Shown: positions 1 to 11,000 of the stretch, one piece after another
Layout: each line of letters starts with the position of its first letter
How positions within the stretch are numbered: position 1 is the stretch's first letter
DNA from: Eledone cirrhosa
Lineage: Eukaryota
DNA: 64,000 nt
Assembly (NCBI GenBank): GCA_964016885.1
Contig: OZ024742.1
Span: forward strand, 159,836,001-159,900,000
Direction: 5' to 3'
Notes under the pieces: model-generated
Databases searched by the model: none
The model's input: the letters and a program-made list of their open reading frames with translations, nothing else
What the model was told of the DNA's origin: nothing
Position numbers and translations under genes: made by a program

Positions 1-242
1 AACACTCTGTTATATCTATATAACAGGTTAAAATGACAGGAAGCCAAATATCTTGACTTTCCTTAATTATTTCTTTCTGAAAACACTATGCACATTTATA
101 TGGCTGCAGACTCTGCTAATAGTATTGCAATCACTTGTCAGATTCAGATGAGTGACGCTCGGATAGGGCTTTTCAAGCCTGCTAGAGACTTGCACTCCTT
201 CACACACTGACAACTATGGATCTCCCTGGCCTCAGGTCTTGC

Positions 243-318
<76 letters not shown>

Positions 319-322
<4 letters not shown>

Positions 323-470
323 ATTGAATATAAAAGGAAGACGAACACAGATATATGCATATATGTGTTCAAATCTTAAGGGACCAGATTCGCTAAGCAA
401 ATCTGGCCCCTTATGATTTGAACACATATATGTATATATCTGTGTTCGTCTTCCTTTTATATTCAATTAT
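319..470. repeat. Near-perfect palindrome formed by an inverted PLE 3' tail next to a (TA)n tract
   Basis: TATAATTGAATATAAAAGGAAGACGAACACAG...GGGACCAGATT is mirrored by AATCTGGCCCC...CTGTGTTCGTCTTCCTTTTATATTCAATTATA. The same arm recurs at 51851-51940, downstream of the hammerhead at 52040-52119. Confidence 0.8.
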
Positions 471-553
471 AAAACACGGCTCGGAAAAATTTCTTTCCTA
501 CAGCTATTTTATTGTAAGTGACTATTTTGAGTTTCTAACTCAATATATACCTT

Positions 554-597
<44 letters not shown>

Positions 598-679
598 TAT
601 CCCAAGTATTGAGTACTCTGGTGTGTTATGGTCAACCTGGTATCTTATCACACCTTCTTTATTATATATATATATATAT

Positions 680-857
680 AATTGTTTCTACTTTAGGCAC
701 AAGGCCAGCAATTACCCAGTGCATTACTGGTACTTTATTTTATCGACCCCGTAAGGATGAAAGGCAAAGTCAACCTCGGCGGGATTTGAACTCAGATCGT
801 AAAGGCACGTAACTATGCTGCAAAGCATGGCGTCGGACCCTCTACCGATAGTGCCAA
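680..857 (-). mobile_element. tRNA-derived SINE, MetaSINE-like core
   Basis: Reverse complement of the family consensus seen at 33577-33768: A box, GTTCAAATC B box, GCCTTTCATCCTTACGGGGTCGATAAAATAAAGTACCAG core. Confidence 0.8.
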
Positions 858-950
858 TAAGTACAGATTAAAGTTTAAGCAAAGAATCGCTGCTTTCACC
901 CTTTTGCGGGATCTTCTGTACTTATAATAAATATTTGTTCTACGGGTTCA
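857..950. mobile_element. Miniature inverted PLE 3' end carrying a hammerhead core
   Basis: 864-920 is the reverse complement of the CAGAAGA hammerhead region at 4695-4748. It switches at TCTG to the plus-strand tail (AATAAATATTTG...) and ends in (TA)n. Confidence 0.65.
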
Positions 951-969
951 TATATATATATATATATAT

Positions 970-1964
970 GAAGCTCGTTGAAAAAGTAAATTTCCAGTCC
1001 GCTTATTCTAGAAGTCTTATATATTTATATGTGAGCTGATAGAGTACAGTCTAAGGATTTACAGAAACCCAAGAAGCTAGATTTAACACCTTTCTAGCGG
1101 GTCCGGGTATGATTTTACATTCATTTAAATTATTGATTTATTGATTTATTGATATTTTTTATCTGATTGTCCCGAATCTTCTATTATCGATTTTTTTATC
1201 GTATGGTTGATTTTAGACTTGTTCTATGTGTGACGGTATTTTAACGATAGTTATAGCTCTGATTCATCTGAATTATTGAGCCCTCTGCCGCTCATTTCGA
1301 ATTTTGTTTATCGTGAACTCGTGCGCCGATTTTTCGATACTCGATCATTCTAATATTTTTAGCTCTGGACATAGCTTTCCACCAGTTAATTTTATTGCTC
1401 ATTTTTTGTCGATTCTATTGAGTGATGAATAGCTCCTGTTTTATTTTAACATGTCTATTGAGCACTTTTATTCGATATGTGTATTTCCACATTTCCTCGA
1501 ATAGTTTTCGCGGATGTAGAGGTTATCTCCCTTGCCGGATTCCATGTGCGTATTTTGCTAGTAGTTAGCCTCTTATCCGCTAGGACGAAGCTCGTTGAAA
1601 AAGTAAATTTCCAGTCCGCTTATTCTAGAAGTCTTATATATTTATATGTGAGCTGATAGAGTACAGTCTAAGGATTTACAGAAACCCAAGAAGCTAGATT
1701 TAACACCTTTCTAGCGGGTCCGGGTATGATTTTACATTCATTTAAATTATTGATTTATTGATTTATTGATATTTTTTATCTGATTGTCCCGAATCTTCTA
1801 TTATCGATTTTTTTATCGTATGGTTGATTTTAGACTTGTTCTATGTGTGACGGTATTTTAACGATAGTTATAGCTCTGATTCATCTGAATTATTGAGCCC
1901 TCTGCCGCTCATTTCGAATTTTGTTTATCGTGAACTCGTGCGCCGATTTTTCGATACTCGATCA

Positions 1965-1973
<9 letters not shown>
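970..1973 (+). repeat. 617-bp tandem unit x1.6, diverged variant of the 615-bp array, opposite orientation
   Basis: GAAGCTCGTTG at 970 and 1587 gives period 617. It is the reverse-complement homolog of 5006-13775 and is bounded by (TA)n on both sides. Confidence 0.95.
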
Positions 1974-2059
<86 letters not shown>

Positions 2060-2067
2060 TAAAATAA

Positions 2068-2141
2068 CAGATTAAAGTTTAAGCAAAGAATCGCTGCTTT
2101 CACCCTTAACGGGATCTTCTGAAACTAACAAAGTCAATCTG
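2068..2141 (-). ncRNA. Type I hammerhead ribozyme variant (inverted copy of 4675-4748)
   Basis: Exact reverse complement of the motif at 4675-4748. Confidence 0.65.
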
Positions 2142-2772
2142 TAAACGCAGAACTGGATATTTCAAAAAACGTTGCAACCGGAGGAAGACAGGAAGACGAT
2201 ACTTTGGTTCATGGTGACGTTCGCTGGCAAAGAACGGGAAAAAACGAATAATACGTCATTAATAGGAGCGGTGAAAAACAATTACGCGCAAAGACAGAAC
2301 CACGTTTATGGTATAAAAGAGGTCGTAGACTAATGTTCTCTAAGTGGTGCATAGAGACGTTCTCTGGCAATGAATGAAAAAACGAAGATAATAAGTCATA
2401 TGTGGAGCGTGGAGAACAATAGCACGCAAAGACAAAACCACGTAAATGGTATAGCAGAAGTTGTAGACTAAAATTCTAACTAGGAGACCGAATGAATCTC
2501 CGCTACAGAGTTAAGAACAAAGTAAATAAATACAATACAGAAGTAATAGAAACAAATAAATACATACACGCAAACAGATACGTACATACACAAGCATACG
2601 CAAAACCTTACCATAGGTATACAAAACCACGCACATATAAATATGTGTATGTGTGTATGCTTGTGTACAAATAAATAAATAATTATATAAACGTATATAA
2701 GTAAATAAATACGTATATAACAAGCGCACACACATACCTACAAATAAATACACGAAGGTTCGGAGACGTAAG

Positions 2773-3762
2773 GCTTCAACCTCTCCATACAGGTTGAGGC
2801 CAATCTCTCGGTCGTTAATTACCTCGACGTTACCCTCAATTTACTGAATGGGTTGTATTACCCGTATAGAAAGCCGAATGATACGCTTAATTACATAAGT
2901 AAGCATTCCAACCATCCTGCTAGCATAACCAAGAACCTGGTAAAAAACGTTTCGTTGAGGCTTTCCCGTCTTTCCACCAACGAACGCATTTTCAACGACC
3001 ATTCCACTTGCTCGAAGTGGATTTGTCGATAAGGTAGCATATACAGAGTACGGGAATAGACCTAGAAGAAATAGATCCCGTCGCATTTGTTGGTTTAACC
3101 CACCATATAATATGGAGGTGGCCACACCATTAGTTAAGATCTTTCTTTCCCTTATTACGAATCATTTCCCCCCTACACATAAATATAGTAAAATTTTTAA
3201 TAGAAACACTATTAAAATTTCTTACTCTACGACTCCTACCCTTGCACATAACATCACAGCTTCAAATTTAGCTAAACTACCTAGCCGTAGGAACACGTGC
3301 AACCCTGTAGTTAGTACTAACTGTAATTGTAGGAATCGGGCTGATTGTCCCCTATCCGGGAAATGCCTCTCTAGTAACATTGTCTACAAATGTAAGGTTG
3401 TAACACCCACGTCCCGTAGGGCCTACATAGGGTTAACCGCCAATAGTTTCAAGCAGCGTCTTTACATGCATACCCATTCTTTTCGTTACCCTCTAAGAAG
3501 GAATATGACGTCACTTTCAGCTTATATCTGGAGTCTAAAAGACAACCACACCCAATATAAGTTACACTGGGAGATCCTAGCTAGGGCTAGATCGTATAAC
3601 GGAAATAAAAGACCATGTGACCTCTGCGCCGCTGAGGCCCTGGAAATACTCTACGCCACAGACCACATCTTAAACAAAAAATCTGAGGCAATTTCGGCTT
3701 GTAAACATAAATTGCACAAAACTTTCCTGTATTACAGCCCCACGTTATACCCTAACGGATAG
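2773..3762 (+). pseudogene. PLE RT C-terminus plus GIY-YIG endonuclease (truncated)
   Basis: ORF 3112-3762 contains HFPPTHKYSKIFNRNTIKISYS, CNCRNRADCPLSGKCL, NIVYKC...AYIGLT..FKQR...H, CDLC..E and LNKKSE...CKH. RT-thumb codons lie upstream from about 2800. Confidence 0.9.
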
Positions 3763-4674
3763 CACGATCTATACGTGGATATTTTACGTCTTGATGTGGG
3801 AGCTAAGTATATGTTTTGTTTATTCCTTTACTTATTTGCATAGGTAAGTATATATTACCCGTATGTTTTGTGAAGATATGTATACCTTCTCGTACGTATA
3901 TTTGACTGTTATGGCGTATAATTTTTACATATTCTGGTATTTAGGGTTTGGTTATCTGTATATGGGAGTTTTGCGTCTGCGTGAGTATGCAGGTTCGTAC
4001 GTATGGTGGGTGTGTGTATATGTGTACTTCTTGTTTTAGTTGACTTACGTCTCCGAACCTTCGTGTATTTATTTGTAGGTATGTGTGTGCGCTTGTTATA
4101 TACGTATTTATTTACTTATATACGTTTATATAATTATTTATTTATTTGTACACAAGCATACACACATACACATATTTATATGTGCGTGGTTTTGTATTCC
4201 TATGGTAAGGTTTTGCGTATGCTTGTGTATGTACGTATCTGTTTGCGTGTATGTATTTATTTGTTTCTATTACTTCTGTATTGTATTTATTTACTTTGTT
4301 CTTAACTCTGTAGCGGAGATTCATTCGGTCTCCTAGTTAGAATTTTAGTCTACAACTTCTGCTATACAATTTACGTGGTTTTGTCTTTGCGTGCTATTGT
4401 TCTCCACGCTCCACATATGACTTATTATCTTCGTTTTTTCATTCATTGCCAGAGAACGTCTCTATGCACCACTTAGAGAACATTAGTCTACGACCTCTTT
4501 TATACCATAAACGTGGTTCTGTCTTTGCGCGTAATTGTTTTTCACCGCTCCTATTAATGACGTATTATTCGTTTTTTCCCGTTCTTTGCCAGCGAACGTC
4601 ACCATGAACCAAAGTATCGTCTTCCTGTCTTCCTCCGGTTGCAACGTTTTTTGAAATATCCAGTTCTGCGTTTA

Positions 4675-4748
4675 CAGATTGACTTTGTTAGTTTCAGAAG
4701 ATCCCGTTAAGGGTGAAAGCAGCGATTCTTTGCTTAAACTTTAATCTG
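4675..4748 (+). ncRNA. Type I hammerhead ribozyme variant (CAGAAGA core) in PLE 3' region
   Basis: Stem I CAGATTGA/TTAATCTG plus AGTTT/AAACT; core CAGAAGA; stem II CCC/GGG with a U-U closing mismatch; GAAA; stem III AGCA/TGCT; predicted CUU cleavage triplet. Confidence 0.7.
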
Positions 4749-4832
4749 TTATTTTAATAAATATTTGCTCTTCGGTTCTTATATATCTGATATATATTTT
4801 CCTTATCGAGCCCTCTTTGGATTTTTATATAT

Positions 4833-4990
4833 ATATAAACCTTATAGAGCCCTCTTCGGATTTTAGTCGTCGTCACATTTATTATAGCTATATATATATA
4901 TATATAGCTATAATATATATATATATATATATATAGCTATAATAAATGTGACGACGACTAAAATCCGAAGAGGGCTCGATAAGGTTTATA
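4833..4990. repeat. Inverted repeat of an extended PLE terminal segment around (TA)n
   Basis: AAACCTTATAGAGCCCTCTTCGGATTTTAGTCGTCGTCACATTTATTATAGC is mirrored at about 4935-4990 and repeats the GAGCCCTCT end at 4806. Confidence 0.8.
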
Positions 4991-5005
4991 TATATATATA
5001 TATAT

Positions 5006-8000
5006 ATTAGAAAGATCGAGTATCGAAAAATCGGCGCACGAGTTAACGAAAAACGAAATTCGATATGAGCGGCAGAGGGCTCAATAATTCAGATGAATCA
5101 GAGCTATAACTATCGTTAAAATACCGTCACATATAGAACAAGTCTACAATCAACCATACGATTTAAAATCGATAAAGGAAGATTCGGGCCAAACAGATAA
5201 AAAATATCAATAAAACAATACGTCAATAATTTAAATGAATGTAAAATCATACCCGGACCCACTAGAAAGGTGTTAAATCTAGCTTCATGGGTTTCTGTAA
5301 ATCCTTAGACAGTACTCTATCAGCTCACATATAAATATAAAAGCCTACTAGAATAAGTGGAACGGAGTTTACGTTGTCAACGAGTTTTATCCTGGCGGCA
5401 AAGGAGTCAACTAGCGGTGAAAAACGCACATGGCATTAGACAAGGGAGATGACCCCTATATCCGCGAAAATAATTCGAGTGAATGTGGAAATACACATAT
5501 CGAATTAGAGTGCTCAATAGACATGTTAAAATAAAACAAAAGCCATTCATCACTCAATAGAATCGACAAAATATGAGCAATAAAATTAACTGGTGGATAG
5601 CTATGTCCAGAGCTAAATATATTAGAAAGATCGAGTATCGAAAAATCGGCGCACGAGTTAACGAAAAACGAAATTCGATATGAGCGGCAGAGGGCTCAAT
5701 AATTCAGATGAATCAGAGCTATAACTATCGTTAAAATACCGTCACATATAGAACAAGTCTACAATCAACCATACGATTTAAAATCGATAAAGGAAGATTC
5801 GGGCCAAACAGATAAAAAATATCAATAAAACAATACGTCAATAATTTAAATGAATGTAAAATCATACCCGGACCCACTAGAAAGGTGTTAAATCTAGCTT
5901 CATGGGTTTCTGTAAATCCTTAGACAGTACTCTATCAGCTCACATATAAATATAAAAGCCTACTAGAATAAGTGGAACGGAGTTTACGTTGTCAACGAGT
6001 TTTATCCTGGCGGCAAAGGAGTCAACTAGCGGTGAAAAACGCACATGGCATTAGACAAGGGAGATGACCCCTATATCCGCGAAAATAATTCGAGTGAATG
6101 TGGAAATACACATATCGAATTAGAGTGCTCAATAGACATGTTAAAATAAAACAAAAGCCATTCATCACTCAATAGAATCGACAAAATATGAGCAATAAAA
6201 TTAACTGGTGGATAGCTATGTCCAGAGCTAAATATATTAGAAAGATCGAGTATCGAAAAATCGGCGCACGAGTTAACGAAAAACGAAATTCGATATGAGC
6301 GGCAGAGGGCTCAATAATTCAGATGAATCAGAGCTATAACTATCGTTAAAATACCGTCACATATAGAACAAGTCTACAATCAACCATACGATTTAAAATC
6401 GATAAAGGAAGATTCGGGCCAAACAGATAAAAAATATCAATAAAACAATACGTCAATAATTTAAATGAATGTAAAATCATACCCGGACCCACTAGAAAGG
6501 TGTTAAATCTAGCTTCATGGGTTTCTGTAAATCCTTAGACAGTACTCTATCAGCTCACATATAAATATAAAAGCCTACTAGAATAAGTGGAACGGAGTTT
6601 ACGTTGTCAACGAGTTTTATCCTGGCGGCAAAGGAGTCAACTAGCGGTGAAAAACGCACATGGCATTAGACAAGGGAGATGACCCCTATATCCGCGAAAA
6701 TAATTCGAGTGAATGTGGAAATACACATATCGAATTAGAGTGCTCAATAGACATGTTAAAATAAAACAAAAGCCATTCATCACTCAATAGAATCGACAAA
6801 ATATGAGCAATAAAATTAACTGGTGGATAGCTATGTCCAGAGCTAAATATATTAGAAAGATCGAGTATCGAAAAATCGGCGCACGAGTTAACGAAAAACG
6901 AAATTCGATATGAGCGGCAGAGGGCTCAATAATTCAGATGAATCAGAGCTATAACTATCGTTAAAATACCGTCACATATAGAACAAGTCTACAATCAACC
7001 ATACGATTTAAAATCGATAAAGGAAGATTCGGGCCAAACAGATAAAAAATATCAATAAAACAATACGTCAATAATTTAAATGAATGTAAAATCATACCCG
7101 GACCCACTAGAAAGGTGTTAAATCTAGCTTCATGGGTTTCTGTAAATCCTTAGACAGTACTCTATCAGCTCACATATAAATATAAAAGCCTACTAGAATA
7201 AGTGGAACGGAGTTTACGTTGTCAACGAGTTTTATCCTGGCGGCAAAGGAGTCAACTAGCGGTGAAAAACGCACATGGCATTAGACAAGGGAGATGACCC
7301 CTATATCCGCGAAAATAATTCGAGTGAATGTGGAAATACACATATCGAATTAGAGTGCTCAATAGACATGTTAAAATAAAACAAAAGCCATTCATCACTC
7401 AATAGAATCGACAAAATATGAGCAATAAAATTAACTGGTGGATAGCTATGTCCAGAGCTAAATATATTAGAAAGATCGAGTATCGAAAAATCGGCGCACG
7501 AGTTAACGAAAAACGAAATTCGATATGAGCGGCAGAGGGCTCAATAATTCAGATGAATCAGAGCTATAACTATCGTTAAAATACCGTCACATATAGAACA
7601 AGTCTACAATCAACCATACGATTTAAAATCGATAAAGGAAGATTCGGGCCAAACAGATAAAAAATATCAATAAAACAATACGTCAATAATTTAAATGAAT
7701 GTAAAATCATACCCGGACCCACTAGAAAGGTGTTAAATCTAGCTTCATGGGTTTCTGTAAATCCTTAGACAGTACTCTATCAGCTCACATATAAATATAA
7801 AAGCCTACTAGAATAAGTGGAACGGAGTTTACGTTGTCAACGAGTTTTATCCTGGCGGCAAAGGAGTCAACTAGCGGTGAAAAACGCACATGGCATTAGA
7901 CAAGGGAGATGACCCCTATATCCGCGAAAATAATTCGAGTGAATGTGGAAATACACATATCGAATTAGAGTGCTCAATAGACATGTTAAAATAAAACAAA

Positions 8001-11000
8001 AGCCATTCATCACTCAATAGAATCGACAAAATATGAGCAATAAAATTAACTGGTGGATAGCTATGTCCAGAGCTAAATATATTAGAAAGATCGAGTATCG
8101 AAAAATCGGCGCACGAGTTAACGAAAAACGAAATTCGATATGAGCGGCAGAGGGCTCAATAATTCAGATGAATCAGAGCTATAACTATCGTTAAAATACC
8201 GTCACATATAGAACAAGTCTACAATCAACCATACGATTTAAAATCGATAAAGGAAGATTCGGGCCAAACAGATAAAAAATATCAATAAAACAATACGTCA
8301 ATAATTTAAATGAATGTAAAATCATACCCGGACCCACTAGAAAGGTGTTAAATCTAGCTTCATGGGTTTCTGTAAATCCTTAGACAGTACTCTATCAGCT
8401 CACATATAAATATAAAAGCCTACTAGAATAAGTGGAACGGAGTTTACGTTGTCAACGAGTTTTATCCTGGCGGCAAAGGAGTCAACTAGCGGTGAAAAAC
8501 GCACATGGCATTAGACAAGGGAGATGACCCCTATATCCGCGAAAATAATTCGAGTGAATGTGGAAATACACATATCGAATTAGAGTGCTCAATAGACATG
8601 TTAAAATAAAACAAAAGCCATTCATCACTCAATAGAATCGACAAAATATGAGCAATAAAATTAACTGGTGGATAGCTATGTCCAGAGCTAAATATATTAG
8701 AAAGATCGAGTATCGAAAAATCGGCGCACGAGTTAACGAAAAACGAAATTCGATATGAGCGGCAGAGGGCTCAATAATTCAGATGAATCAGAGCTATAAC
8801 TATCGTTAAAATACCGTCACATATAGAACAAGTCTACAATCAACCATACGATTTAAAATCGATAAAGGAAGATTCGGGCCAAACAGATAAAAAATATCAA
8901 TAAAACAATACGTCAATAATTTAAATGAATGTAAAATCATACCCGGACCCACTAGAAAGGTGTTAAATCTAGCTTCATGGGTTTCTGTAAATCCTTAGAC
9001 AGTACTCTATCAGCTCACATATAAATATAAAAGCCTACTAGAATAAGTGGAACGGAGTTTACGTTGTCAACGAGTTTTATCCTGGCGGCAAAGGAGTCAA
9101 CTAGCGGTGAAAAACGCACATGGCATTAGACAAGGGAGATGACCCCTATATCCGCGAAAATAATTCGAGTGAATGTGGAAATACACATATCGAATTAGAG
9201 TGCTCAATAGACATGTTAAAATAAAACAAAAGCCATTCATCACTCAATAGAATCGACAAAATATGAGCAATAAAATTAACTGGTGGATAGCTATGTCCAG
9301 AGCTAAATATATTAGAAAGATCGAGTATCGAAAAATCGGCGCACGAGTTAACGAAAAACGAAATTCGATATGAGCGGCAGAGGGCTCAATAATTCAGATG
9401 AATCAGAGCTATAACTATCGTTAAAATACCGTCACATATAGAACAAGTCTACAATCAACCATACGATTTAAAATCGATAAAGGAAGATTCGGGCCAAACA
9501 GATAAAAAATATCAATAAAACAATACGTCAATAATTTAAATGAATGTAAAATCATACCCGGACCCACTAGAAAGGTGTTAAATCTAGCTTCATGGGTTTC
9601 TGTAAATCCTTAGACAGTACTCTATCAGCTCACATATAAATATAAAAGCCTACTAGAATAAGTGGAACGGAGTTTACGTTGTCAACGAGTTTTATCCTGG
9701 CGGCAAAGGAGTCAACTAGCGGTGAAAAACGCACATGGCATTAGACAAGGGAGATGACCCCTATATCCGCGAAAATAATTCGAGTGAATGTGGAAATACA
9801 CATATCGAATTAGAGTGCTCAATAGACATGTTAAAATAAAACAAAAGCCATTCATCACTCAATAGAATCGACAAAATATGAGCAATAAAATTAACTGGTG
9901 GATAGCTATGTCCAGAGCTAAATATATTAGAAAGATCGAGTATCGAAAAATCGGCGCACGAGTTAACGAAAAACGAAATTCGATATGAGCGGCAGAGGGC
10001 TCAATAATTCAGATGAATCAGAGCTATAACTATCGTTAAAATACCGTCACATATAGAACAAGTCTACAATCAACCATACGATTTAAAATCGATAAAGGAA
10101 GATTCGGGCCAAACAGATAAAAAATATCAATAAAACAATACGTCAATAATTTAAATGAATGTAAAATCATACCCGGACCCACTAGAAAGGTGTTAAATCT
10201 AGCTTCATGGGTTTCTGTAAATCCTTAGACAGTACTCTATCAGCTCACATATAAATATAAAAGCCTACTAGAATAAGTGGAACGGAGTTTACGTTGTCAA
10301 CGAGTTTTATCCTGGCGGCAAAGGAGTCAACTAGCGGTGAAAAACGCACATGGCATTAGACAAGGGAGATGACCCCTATATCCGCGAAAATAATTCGAGT
10401 GAATGTGGAAATACACATATCGAATTAGAGTGCTCAATAGACATGTTAAAATAAAACAAAAGCCATTCATCACTCAATAGAATCGACAAAATATGAGCAA
10501 TAAAATTAACTGGTGGATAGCTATGTCCAGAGCTAAATATATTAGAAAGATCGAGTATCGAAAAATCGGCGCACGAGTTAACGAAAATCGATATGAGCGG
10601 CAGAGGGCTCAATAATTCAGATGAATCAGAGCTATAACTATCGTTAAAATACCGTCACATATAGAACAAGTCTACAATCAACCATACGATTTAAAATCGA
10701 TAAAGGAAGATTCGGGCCAAACAGATAAAAAATATCAATAAAACAATACGTCAATAATTTAAATGAATGTAAAATCATACCCGGACCCACTAGAAAGGTG
10801 TTAAATCTAGCTTCATGGGTTTCTGTAAATCCTTAGACAGTACTCTATCAGCTCACATATAAATATAAAAGCCTACTAGAATAAGTGGAACGGAGTTTAC
10901 GTTGTCAACGAGTTTTATCCTGGCGGCAAAGGAGTCAACTAGCGGTGAAAAACGCACATGGCATTAGACAAGGGAGATGACCCCTATATCCGCGAAAATA

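Larger units (their letters stand above)
2052..4830 (+). mobile_element. 5'-truncated Penelope-like retroelement with 721-bp inverted copy of its 3' region
   Basis: 2052-2772 is the reverse complement of 4044-4764. Between them lie RT-thumb residues (NYLDVTLNL...YYPYRKPN...HSNHP) and a GIY-YIG domain. Flanked by (TA)n. Confidence 0.92.

Noticed and set aside
1421-1430. GTGATGA as a snoRNA C box in the array unit
   Set aside because: No D box (CTGA) with a terminal stem at a plausible distance.
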